Virus record (IMG/VR): IMGVR_UViG_3300035676_000001
Direction: 5' to 3' (one strand)
DNA from: a virus
Taxonomy: Duplodnaviria > Caudoviricetes
Length of the DNA: 64,000 nt
In this document: one piece after another, positions 44,876 through 53,209 of the stretch
Layout: each line of letters starts with the position of its first letter
Position numbering within the stretch: position 1 is the stretch's first letter
Notes under the pieces: generated by a model
Told to the model about the DNA's origin: nothing
Seen by the model: the letters and a program-made list of their open reading frames with translations, nothing else
Database searches by the model: none
Made by a program: the position numbers and the translations under genes

Positions 44876-46762
44876 CTAAACCTGCTGAATGGTTACAATC
44901 ACTGAAGGAATTCCTGGAATATTTACTGGTATATCTCCACCAGGAGAAGAAATTGATGTGATTGGTTCAGTTCTAGTGAGTTGAACTTGAGTATCATCTA
45001 CCATCCACATATACTCTACATAATCTCCAGCATTCATATCAACAATAAAATTCCAAGCAGCAACTGTTTCGGCATTTGTTCCCTGAACAGCAACAACACT
45101 GGTTGTGTCTGGGATATTAATTCCATTTTTTCTCAACCAAATCCATATATGTCCAGTAGCACCTGAAGGTTTATCTAACTGAACTGAAAACTGTGTATTA
45201 TAAACTCCACCATAAGTAGAAGTAATCCTACTTTGATTTGCTACACTAAATCCACTTTCATTAGCAATGCTACGCAAAAGCATCGGAGTTGATACACCAA
45301 TTCCAGAGCAAGATTGTGATATTGTATCATAATAAGAACCATAGTATCTTGTAGCGGTTCCTAAACCAGTTGCATTGATTGTAACTGTTCCAATTCCATT
45401 CGTAGGAGAAATTGTAATTCCTGTTCCTGCAATAATTTGATTAACAATTGTAGGTTTATTCAGAATGGATGAGATACCAGTAGTTGCATTCCAGTCACTA
45501 TTGACTTGTGCTGCAGGAATTACTGGTTTGTTTAGAATAGATGTAACTCCAGTTACTGCATCCCAATTTGCATTTAATTGGGTAAAACTACCAGTACTAC
45601 CAATACCTGTTGCGTTAATAGTAATGCGTCCAGTATTTGCTGATATATCAATACCAGTTCCTGCAATCAGGTAAGTAACAATACCACTTAATGGGGCACC
45701 ATTACCATAATAAGAAATCGCAGTTACAACTCCGACACTCATTCCAAGATTTGAAGTATTTCCATATCCCAGAGTAACATCTAGGTTTTGTGGAAGATTT
45801 GCTCCTCCTCCACCACCACCTTCGCCGCCGCCACACCCGGGTGCAAATTCTACCCATTGTGTGCTATCACCATCTGGATAATAAAGATATGGTTTACCTA
45901 CTGTGCTATCCCACCAAAGTGGATAAATTATTGGGTCTACTGGAGGTGCATCACCAATAGTTAATCCAATTCCAGTAATAGTTACAATACCGACATGAGA
46001 AGAAACAAAAATATTTGGACCAGCATCGATGTAAGTTACAATACCACTTATGGTTGAACCATCATTTGAACCTATCCACTTATTAGTTATTTCATCATAT
46101 TGTAGAAAGTAATTATCAGTCTTCGCACTATCTCTATCAACATCATCCAAAAACTCAAGACGAGTTTCACCACCTCCACCTAATGTGGAAAGTTGTTGTT
46201 GAATACGATTAAGGAAAAGTTTATAATGCTTTTGAAGATCATCAAGAGTTGCAAAGTTTTGATCCAAAGGAGTTAATGGATCATTTTGCATCTTTACATT
46301 TGAAGGTTCCGAAAGAAGTCCTAATGACTTTTCAATCAGGTCTTCTTTAGGTTCATTAAGATCTTCTAATTCTTCTTTATGATCCTCAAGAACCTCAAGA
46401 ACTTCATCCAAAGAATTTTCAATTACATCATCAATAATTTGTTCTTGTTCTTTGGCTGTCTCAGAATATAACCATTTTTCAAATGCCTTAACTGTTTTTT
46501 CTTCTTGTACTTTTTTCTTTTTAGTTTCCTTTTTTAAATTAACAACTTCTTCAAAAACAGAATCAAGAGTGATATCACCAATTAAAGATTCTTCTTTCTT
46601 TTTTTCTTCTACTTTTTTTTCTTTTTCTTTTTTCTTAAGCGTAGCAAATTCTTCAAAAAGAGAATCCAATCCCAAGTCACCGACTACAGAATCAAATTCT
46701 TCTTTTTTCTTTTTCTTATCTTCTGCTAATAATTTAAAAAAATCAGATAATTCAGAGGACAT
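44876..46762 (-). CDS. Coiled-coil plus fibre-like protein
   Basis: K/E-rich N-terminus; QVNSDWNAT...ILNKP repeats; C1q/BclA-like C-terminus. Confidence 0.72.
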   Translation of the reverse strand: MSSELSDFFKLLAEDKKKKKEEFDSVVGDLGLDSLFEEFATLKKKEKEKKVEEKKKEESLIGDITLDSVFEEVVNLKKETKKKKVQEEKTVKAFEKWLYSETAKEQEQIIDDVIENSLDEVLEVLEDHKEELEDLNEPKEDLIEKSLGLLSEPSNVKMQNDPLTPLDQNFATLDDLQKHYKLFLNRIQQQLSTLGGGGETRLEFLDDVDRDSAKTDNYFLQYDEITNKWIGSNDGSTISGIVTYIDAGPNIFVSSHVGIVTITGIGLTIGDAPPVDPIIYPLWWDSTVGKPYLYYPDGDSTQWVEFAPGCGGGEGGGGGGANLPQNLDVTLGYGNTSNLGMSVGVVTAISYYGNGAPLSGIVTYLIAGTGIDISANTGRITINATGIGSTGSFTQLNANWDAVTGVTSILNKPVIPAAQVNSDWNATTGISSILNKPTIVNQIIAGTGITISPTNGIGTVTINATGLGTATRYYGSYYDTISQSCSGIGVSTPMLLRSIANESGFSVANQSRITSTYGGVYNTQFSVQLDKPSGATGHIWIWLRKNGINIPDTTSVVAVQGTNAETVAAWNFIVDMNAGDYVEYMWMVDDTQVQLTRTEPITSISSPGGDIPVNIPGIPSVIVTIQQV

Positions 46763-46763
46763 A

Positions 46764-48359
46764 TTAACAATTCCAAGCTCTCAGAGATTTATTGATTCTT
46801 GAATTTGGATCGTTTGCAGTTTTTGCTGAAGTCAATTTCTTCTTCATACCACTCATACGAGCACAAAATGATTTTCTACGATTTGATGCCTTCGAACCCT
46901 TCTTTAATTTTGATGGGTCAGTTGTTACAGCAGTCTGTAACTTTGAACCAGGATTCTCTCTTCTATAAGATTCAACACCTTTTTTATTGAGACCACCAGA
47001 TTCTCTTTTACCTTCTTTTCTCTGCCAAGCTGCAGATGCTTCACTCATAAATTCCCCAAATGTCTTTAGGTCTGTAGAGTTTGCTAGTGGAAGTTGAATT
47101 CCTGATAATTTTCCTTTTGCCGCATTTCTTTCACCTTGAGTAGAACCTTGAGATGCAAGTTTTCTAATTTTATCTTGTCTCAATGCGTTTCTTGTATCTT
47201 GTGATGTGTGACCTACTTCAAAACTAATCTGTTCTTTTTGCATCTCACCACTATCTACATAGTCTGCTGCGGTATCAATGTAGTCTGCTGCCTTTGTAAT
47301 CTTTGATTGAACCCAAGCTTCAATACTTCCCTCACCTTTTTTTACTTTTTTCTTGAGTCTATTTGCTGCCTTAATAATAGTAGAAATTTCTGAGCGAGCC
47401 ATCGAATACTCGTGATCGTATCCTTCATTAGCAGGGTGAACTTGTGCAATATCAAACTTCATTTGATTCGTAGTTAACATAGGTGGTGTTGAATATAATG
47501 CCCAGAACTTTGGACCATACTTGCATTCAGACTGAGTTTCGTCTTTTTTGCATTTTGGGCAATATCTTACCATTCCAGTTTCTTCTTTAACGGGAACGCA
47601 ATTTGGAACCATTTTTTTACCCTTCTTTTTCATACCCTCTTCCTTATAACCATCCCAACAATCTTCTGATTTTGTGCCCCAATTAGCAGCACCAACTTTA
47701 CGACATTTGACAAGTGCTCCAGATGCATATGCACTAGGCCAAACATCATATCTTGATTTTACTTTATTGTAGCAAGCATCTTTTTTACCACTACCTTTGC
47801 CTGCTTTATCTTTTACTTCTTGGAGATCCATTTCTTCTGTTCTTACATTTGTTGGTTTTGAAGCACCAGTTTTTTCTGGTTGATTTGGGTCTAAACGATT
47901 TTTTCTTCTTCTTGCAGATTCTTCTTCGTCTTTAGAAAGTGTTCTTTTCATTTTAGAACTTCCACACTTTGGTGTAGAAGTTTGTCCAGGTTGACGAGCA
48001 CAAGGTTTACCTGCCCATTTACCTCCAAGTTGAACCCATCCTTTTTTTCCATCAGATGATTTGGATTTATTAAACCAATCGTGAAGACCTTCATCTCCAG
48101 ACTTGGTTTCTTCCTTCACATCTTTAAATTTCTTATGATGCTTTTTAGCATCTGCCTCCATTTTTTTCAAACGAGTATAATAGTCTGGAATTTCGTCTAA
48201 GTGTTGAAGAGCAATTTCTGTCGCCAACTTTTGATTCTTGGTATGTTCGTGCTCAATTGGAGCACCCATATCAAGTTGCTTTTGGATAAACGAAACTTCA
48301 AGACGATGCTTTTTAGCAATCTCTTCCACAGTTTTGTATGGTTTCAATTGCTCATTCAT
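46764..48359 (-). CDS. Modular basic late protein, putative head-internal polyprotein
   Basis: Short modules separated by xxE sites; internal LKTFGEFMSE|A; CTAAATA at 48384-48390. Confidence 0.75.
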   Translation of the reverse strand: MNEQLKPYKTVEEIAKKHRLEVSFIQKQLDMGAPIEHEHTKNQKLATEIALQHLDEIPDYYTRLKKMEADAKKHHKKFKDVKEETKSGDEGLHDWFNKSKSSDGKKGWVQLGGKWAGKPCARQPGQTSTPKCGSSKMKRTLSKDEEESARRRKNRLDPNQPEKTGASKPTNVRTEEMDLQEVKDKAGKGSGKKDACYNKVKSRYDVWPSAYASGALVKCRKVGAANWGTKSEDCWDGYKEEGMKKKGKKMVPNCVPVKEETGMVRYCPKCKKDETQSECKYGPKFWALYSTPPMLTTNQMKFDIAQVHPANEGYDHEYSMARSEISTIIKAANRLKKKVKKGEGSIEAWVQSKITKAADYIDTAADYVDSGEMQKEQISFEVGHTSQDTRNALRQDKIRKLASQGSTQGERNAAKGKLSGIQLPLANSTDLKTFGEFMSEASAAWQRKEGKRESGGLNKKGVESYRRENPGSKLQTAVTTDPSKLKKGSKASNRRKSFCARMSGMKKKLTSAKTANDPNSRINKSLRAWNC

Positions 48360-48372
48360 TGGTTAAAACTTA

Positions 48373-48795
48373 TTACTCTTTATTATTTAGAAAACCTTGT
48401 TTGAGTAATTTTGAGAGTTCTGAAGTTGACCCGACAAATACTGCGTTATTAGTCACATTATTTGTGGTCTTAGTAGTATCATCTTCTACTTCTTTAAGTT
48501 TCTTTTGCAAATCAATTAATTTGTCTGTGGTATCTGCAACATTCTTAATTAACTGACCAGCAACCTCATATGCTCTTGGGGAACCACCTTCTCCGGCAAG
48601 TTCCATAATTCCATTAATTGCTTCCTGACCCTTTTCAATTAATGAATAAAGATTAGCGCGAGTATATTCGTAATCTTTTTTGATATCATCAGATTTTACT
48701 GGAAGAATATCAAGTTTTTCTGCAGATTTTTCCACCTCAACAATACTACTTTCGATGTTGAGAGCATTATCCAAACCTTCATAATTATTTTTCAT
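48373..48795 (-). CDS. gp16: Terminase small subunit
   Basis: DYEYTRANL...PRAYEV...NNAVFVGSTSEL. Confidence 0.92.
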   Translation of the reverse strand: MKNNYEGLDNALNIESSIVEVEKSAEKLDILPVKSDDIKKDYEYTRANLYSLIEKGQEAINGIMELAGEGGSPRAYEVAGQLIKNVADTTDKLIDLQKKLKEVEDDTTKTTNNVTNNAVFVGSTSELSKLLKQGFLNNKE

Positions 48796-48801
48796 AATCT
48801 A

Positions 48802-49599
48802 TTAGATATCCTTTTGTTGTGTAGGGCTCCAAGTCTTGGAGTCATTGAAGAATTCCCAATTTTCGCTGAATCCAAAATCATCGTCTGGACCAGCATCAAT
48901 TGGATCTGGTTCAACGGTATATCTCATTTCTCTCTTCGCAGTTGTTCTATTCGTATCAGCATAAACATCAACCTGAACCTTACGAATCAGACCCTCAGTG
49001 CTCTCTGCAATAGGACCAAACAGATAGGTTTTTGCTGTAAAATTGAAGGTATAAATCATAATTCTTCTTGTTGAAAAATCACCCTCATAATCATCGGTAA
49101 AGGAAACATTATCTAAAGTTATTGGAATATCTCTTTTTTCTCCGATTGAATCTACCAAATCTATAGACAAGGTAAATGCTGGTTGAAAATATGGAAGAAT
49201 TTGCTCAACTACTTGAAGAGCATCATCTTGTAGTTTAGTCATCAAATTTAATTGAAATCCAATGTTGTAAGGAACTGGAAGATAGACCTTTTTTAGATTC
49301 GTTCCATCAGATGCTTTAAAGGTTTGAGTCACATTTGCCTTTCTTGTAGCATCATATTGAATTGATGTCATTTCAAATGATAGTCTTGGAAGAGTCATTG
49401 CGACTGGTTTATTTAACTCTGCCTGCTGTTCAATTCTTGCAAGAAACTTTTGAGTGGGACCATATGCCAAAGGAACTTTCATTTCACTGATGCTATCTCC
49501 AGTGGAGTCTTTATGTCTAATGTAAATATCATTAAACAAAGTTCCGAATGAGATAACGGTTCTTCTAATAATTTCGTGATAAAAATAAGTCCCTAACAT
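48802..49599 (-). CDS. gp15: Tail sheath stabilizer / completion protein
   Basis: YFYHEIIR..V..FGTLFN, VPLAYGP, LPRLSFE, EQILPYFQP. Confidence 0.94.
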   Translation of the reverse strand: MLGTYFYHEIIRRTVISFGTLFNDIYIRHKDSTGDSISEMKVPLAYGPTQKFLARIEQQAELNKPVAMTLPRLSFEMTSIQYDATRKANVTQTFKASDGTNLKKVYLPVPYNIGFQLNLMTKLQDDALQVVEQILPYFQPAFTLSIDLVDSIGEKRDIPITLDNVSFTDDYEGDFSTRRIMIYTFNFTAKTYLFGPIAESTEGLIRKVQVDVYADTNRTTAKREMRYTVEPDPIDAGPDDDFGFSENWEFFNDSKTWSPTQQKDI

Positions 49600-50990
49600 T
49601 AATAAGTACCGAATGGATTTGACTGTGAAAAATCTATAAAAGTATCTGCTTCGTTTTCTATTTCAATATTTTCACTGTATTTATCATAAAGATCCCAACG
49701 GTCATATGACTGGACAGAATAAATTGCATTTGATTCAGATCCAACAATATTTTCTCCAGGATAAAATCCTTTAGTGGCAGCATTATCAACGAAAGAAATT
49801 TTGAGAATCTTGGTATCCGCATCCCAAGATTTAACTCTTGCAGTTGTTCCTGAATTTGATCCAGTAACGACTTCATTATATAAGTATGTACCCACTCCAA
49901 CTAAAGTTGTTGGTGGTGCAATAGTAACTGTTGGGGCAACTGTATATCCTACTCCAGGATTTGCAATTCTGATAGAACTTATACTTTGTCCTAATCCTAC
50001 AATAGGTTTTGCTACAGCAGTTTCTCCAGTTCCAACAGATCCTGTAATGGTGACAATTGGTGAAGATACGTATCCAGTACCATTGGAAGTCACTACAAAA
50101 TTGGAAATTCCATTTCTAATAGTTTCAATTGAACAAGTTGCTGCTGCACCAGAACCACCACCACCAGAAAATGTGATTGATGGTGCTATAGTGTATCCTG
50201 CTCCAGCATTTGTAAGTATGATAGATTCAATTGAATATACACCTGCTCTAGATGTAGTTATCGCTACTGCAGATGCATTATATCCACCATATGGAGCAGA
50301 TGTAATCGCAACCGTTGGAGTTGATGTATAATCATATCCATCATTATTTAAGAATATTTCTCGAATGTATCCAGTAGATATGATCGCATCTGCTGTGGCA
50401 ACCGAACGTGAACTGATTAATTGTAGAGTTGTGATATATCCTTGGTCTTCAATTTGGGTATCAATTTCGTCTATCGTAGTATCAATAACCTCATCCTCAT
50501 ATTCGAAGAGTTCACATTTTAATTCATAAACGTAAAGTTTTCCTAATTGATAAAAATTAACCTCATGCTCAACAAACTTTACTTCAAATAATCTTTGCCC
50601 AAGTGGGAAATAAACTAAGTCACCCTCTCTAGGTCTGGATGATAATACAATTTCATTATCATCACTATCTTCTAAAAATGGAGAAATAAAGTCTTCAAAT
50701 CTTTCTTTTGATATAATTATGCTTAGTTCGTCTTTTAAACTCATACCAAATTTGGTAAGAATATCACCCTGCCCACTGTATCCTTCAAAATTATTAATAT
50801 ATGCTTCAATTGCAAAATTATCATCAAACTTTGATGATTGAATTTCTCTAAGAATAGATTGTTTCCTTACAAATTTTCTTGGGATGTAGATAACATCCAC
50901 ACCATAAATCTTTAACTGTTCATTAATTAGATCCTGAACGAGTCTTTGTTCACCGGGTGAACCTTGTAAGAAAAAGGGATTAAGTGCCAT
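49599..50990 (-). CDS. gp14: Neck protein with Gly/Thr-rich repeat insertion
   Basis: EQ.KIYG.DV.YIPR, PREGDL.YFP, FYQLGK.YVY.L.CELF. Confidence 0.92.
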   Translation of the reverse strand: MALNPFFLQGSPGEQRLVQDLINEQLKIYGVDVIYIPRKFVRKQSILREIQSSKFDDNFAIEAYINNFEGYSGQGDILTKFGMSLKDELSIIISKERFEDFISPFLEDSDDNEIVLSSRPREGDLVYFPLGQRLFEVKFVEHEVNFYQLGKLYVYELKCELFEYEDEVIDTTIDEIDTQIEDQGYITTLQLISSRSVATADAIISTGYIREIFLNNDGYDYTSTPTVAITSAPYGGYNASAVAITTSRAGVYSIESIILTNAGAGYTIAPSITFSGGGGSGAAATCSIETIRNGISNFVVTSNGTGYVSSPIVTITGSVGTGETAVAKPIVGLGQSISSIRIANPGVGYTVAPTVTIAPPTTLVGVGTYLYNEVVTGSNSGTTARVKSWDADTKILKISFVDNAATKGFYPGENIVGSESNAIYSVQSYDRWDLYDKYSENIEIENEADTFIDFSQSNPFGTY

Positions 50991-50992
50991 TA

Positions 50993-51835
50993 TTATCCAA
51001 TAAAATCGTATGGTGGGAGTTCGTATTCTAAAGCCATTCTTTGCTTCAGGTCTTCTAATTCTCTTTCAGCATCTTCATAGAGTTCTCTACCATTTAGTTC
51101 AATTCCTCCAGGAAGTTTTACTCCTCTAAATTTAATCAAGTTCTGCCCCCACTGCCTTTTCATAAGAGCAGTTAAATATTTTTTAAGGAAACTGTCATTA
51201 TAAACTTTAGTAAATTCTGTCGGATTTAAAATTCTATAACAATCTATAATAATAAAGGTATCTTTATTCTGGGCATTCCAATCAATATCAAGATACATTC
51301 TATTCTGTCTCTTGTTAAATCTAATTTGTTTATCTGTGGTTAGAAGAAAATCAATATCTTCCAGATAACTCTTAACCATAGCATATTGTAAAAGTTCAAC
51401 TGAGTTAAAGTAATATAAATCATTCAAAAACAGTTGATATTTAATACTAAACATTCCACCAGAAATGGAACTAGTGTCAAACTTAAATACCTTTTCAATT
51501 CCAATTACGGAATCTGGAACTTGAATAAAATTTGAAGATTCGTAGAAATTAAAACTAGTAGTTCCAATACCACTAATATTTGCTGTACCAGTTGTTGTTA
51601 CAATACCAACACCATTTGTATTTTTTGCTCTTCCTCTGTTAATATCTTCGTCTGTAAGTTTGTACTTTAAGTACATTCTTTCAACACCATCAAAGTGTCT
51701 TTCTTGAAAGTACTGTAAAGCATCGTCAACCAAATCATCAATTTGGTCATCATCTATATTGATTTCCAATACAGGAGCACCAAGTCTTCTAAGACAATAA
51801 TCAATTAATTCTTGTCTACTTGCTGGCTTTGCCAT
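50993..51835 (-). CDS. gp13: Neck protein
   Basis: LRRLGAPV.EIN, KRQWGQNLIKF.G..LPGG..LNG; start re-called. Confidence 0.93.
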   Translation of the reverse strand: MAKPASRQELIDYCLRRLGAPVLEINIDDDQIDDLVDDALQYFQERHFDGVERMYLKYKLTDEDINRGRAKNTNGVGIVTTTGTANISGIGTTSFNFYESSNFIQVPDSVIGIEKVFKFDTSSISGGMFSIKYQLFLNDLYYFNSVELLQYAMVKSYLEDIDFLLTTDKQIRFNKRQNRMYLDIDWNAQNKDTFIIIDCYRILNPTEFTKVYNDSFLKKYLTALMKRQWGQNLIKFRGVKLPGGIELNGRELYEDAERELEDLKQRMALEYELPPYDFIG

Positions 51836-52473
51836 TAGTACGAGCCTCCATCTATAGCATTTGACCAAGCTGGAACACCAGCATTATCTGTTGTCATTAT
51901 ATAGTTTGTATAATCAATCCCATTTTGTGGACTTGATGTTGATATCAAAAGTCCGGAAGAATTGAAATATGCCATCCCATTTGTATAATATGGTCCATAA
52001 TATAACCCACCAGAAATGGTTGCAATTCCAGATATTATTGCATTTCTAGCGGTAAATTCATCAAATTTTAAATCATCACTAACATATAAATCACCATCAA
52101 CATAAACATCATTTTTAAAAGTACTAATACCTACGAATGTAGATACCCCAGTTACATTTAAATTGAATAATGTTGCAATTCCAGATATTATTGCATTTCT
52201 AGCGGTAAATTCATCAAATTTTAAATCATCACCGACGTACAGGTCGCCATCAATGTAAACATTACTTTTAAATGTGCTTACACCAACGAACGTTGATATT
52301 CCACTTACGTGTAAAGATGTAACTGATGCAATTCCACCAATAACATTTTCTGCCGTTGTTGATCTTCCACCTGCAGATCCAGAAATGCTAGCAACAATTT
52401 TTACAGCATTTTGCTGTCCAACCCTAGTTTTTATTGCATTTTGTTGATCAACTTTGACTTTAATATCTGCCAT
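51835..52473 (-). CDS. Hypothetical virion protein with duplicated 51-aa module
   Basis: ...DGDLYV.DDLKFDEFTARNAIISGIAT twice. Confidence 0.78.
   Translation of the reverse strand: MADIKVKVDQQNAIKTRVGQQNAVKIVASISGSAGGRSTTAENVIGGIASVTSLHVSGISTFVGVSTFKSNVYIDGDLYVGDDLKFDEFTARNAIISGIATLFNLNVTGVSTFVGISTFKNDVYVDGDLYVSDDLKFDEFTARNAIISGIATISGGLYYGPYYTNGMAYFNSSGLLISTSSPQNGIDYTNYIMTTDNAGVPAWSNAIDGGSY
52019..52232. repeat. 61-bp exact direct repeat (52019-52079 and 52172-52232)
   Basis: Read directly; 153-bp offset, in frame. Confidence 0.9.
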
Positions 52474-52817
52474 TATCTGGTAACTCCTTCGGTTACTAGA
52501 ACCATTCCTTCAATAACTCGGTTTTTAATTCCAAAATCATCGGTAATCACAACATCATAAACATATCTACCGGGTTTAATAGTTGTTGTTTGGGCAGCAG
52601 TCAATCTAATCGTAATCTTTCCAGAAGATCCTGGACTTTCAATGGATGCAGTAAAAGATGTTGCTGTAGAACTTCCTGCCCATTTTCTCATTTGAGCAGA
52701 AACAGTATAAAGTGTTAAATCGAATAATGAATTTGTATCTGTTCCTTCTAGAGTAAATGTTTGGCTAAAGTCACTGCCAGCATTCACTACTATATTATTA
52801 ACATATACTGCAGCCAT
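52473..52817 (-). CDS. Hypothetical virion protein (single beta-sandwich)
   Basis: GSDF...G.I...LT..QT..IKPGRYVYDV; TATAAATA at 52840-52847. Confidence 0.78.
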   Translation of the reverse strand: MAAVYVNNIVVNAGSDFSQTFTLEGTDTNSLFDLTLYTVSAQMRKWAGSSTATSFTASIESPGSSGKITIRLTAAQTTTIKPGRYVYDVVITDDFGIKNRVIEGMVLVTEGVTR

Positions 52818-52842
52818 TTATTTTTTAAGCTCTACTTTTTAT

Positions 52843-53019
52843 TTATATCCCCAAATCACCGAGAGAACTCATCACCTCTTGTTGCTTGAGATATAGTTTA
52901 CAATATAATTTTGAAAATTTTTTAAGTTCTTCGTGATCTAATTCATCGATTAATCGTGAATGTTTTTCAAATTCAAATAACTTATTAATTGTTTCCAATT
53001 CAATTTCATTTGGTTCCAT
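52843..53019 (-). CDS. 58-aa NblA-like protein (not in ORF track)
   Basis: MEPNEIELETINKLFEFEKHSRLIDELDHEELKKFSKLYCKLYLKQQEVMSSLGDLGI; two-helix pattern aligns by eye with NblA; GGAG RBS. Confidence 0.55.
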   Translation of the reverse strand: MEPNEIELETINKLFEFEKHSRLIDELDHEELKKFSKLYCKLYLKQQEVMSSLGDLGI

Positions 53020-53209
53020 TAACTAACTCCTTAAGTAATAATTTTATTTCATCAATATCTTTTTTCATCTGATCTAATTCTCTTTTTTGAGTATCACGAT
53101 TGTTTAAACTATTTACATATTGATTATAGGAGTAATTATCACAATTGATAATTGCTCCTGTTTTTTCGTCACGATATAAGTTAGGATGCCCTTTAACTGG
53201 AATCATCAT
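53006..53209 (-). CDS. Conserved small hypothetical protein
   Basis: VKGHPNLYRD..TGAI.N motif plus coiled coil. Confidence 0.75.
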   Translation of the reverse strand: MMIPVKGHPNLYRDEKTGAIINCDNYSYNQYVNSLNNRDTQKRELDQMKKDIDEIKLLLKELVNGTK

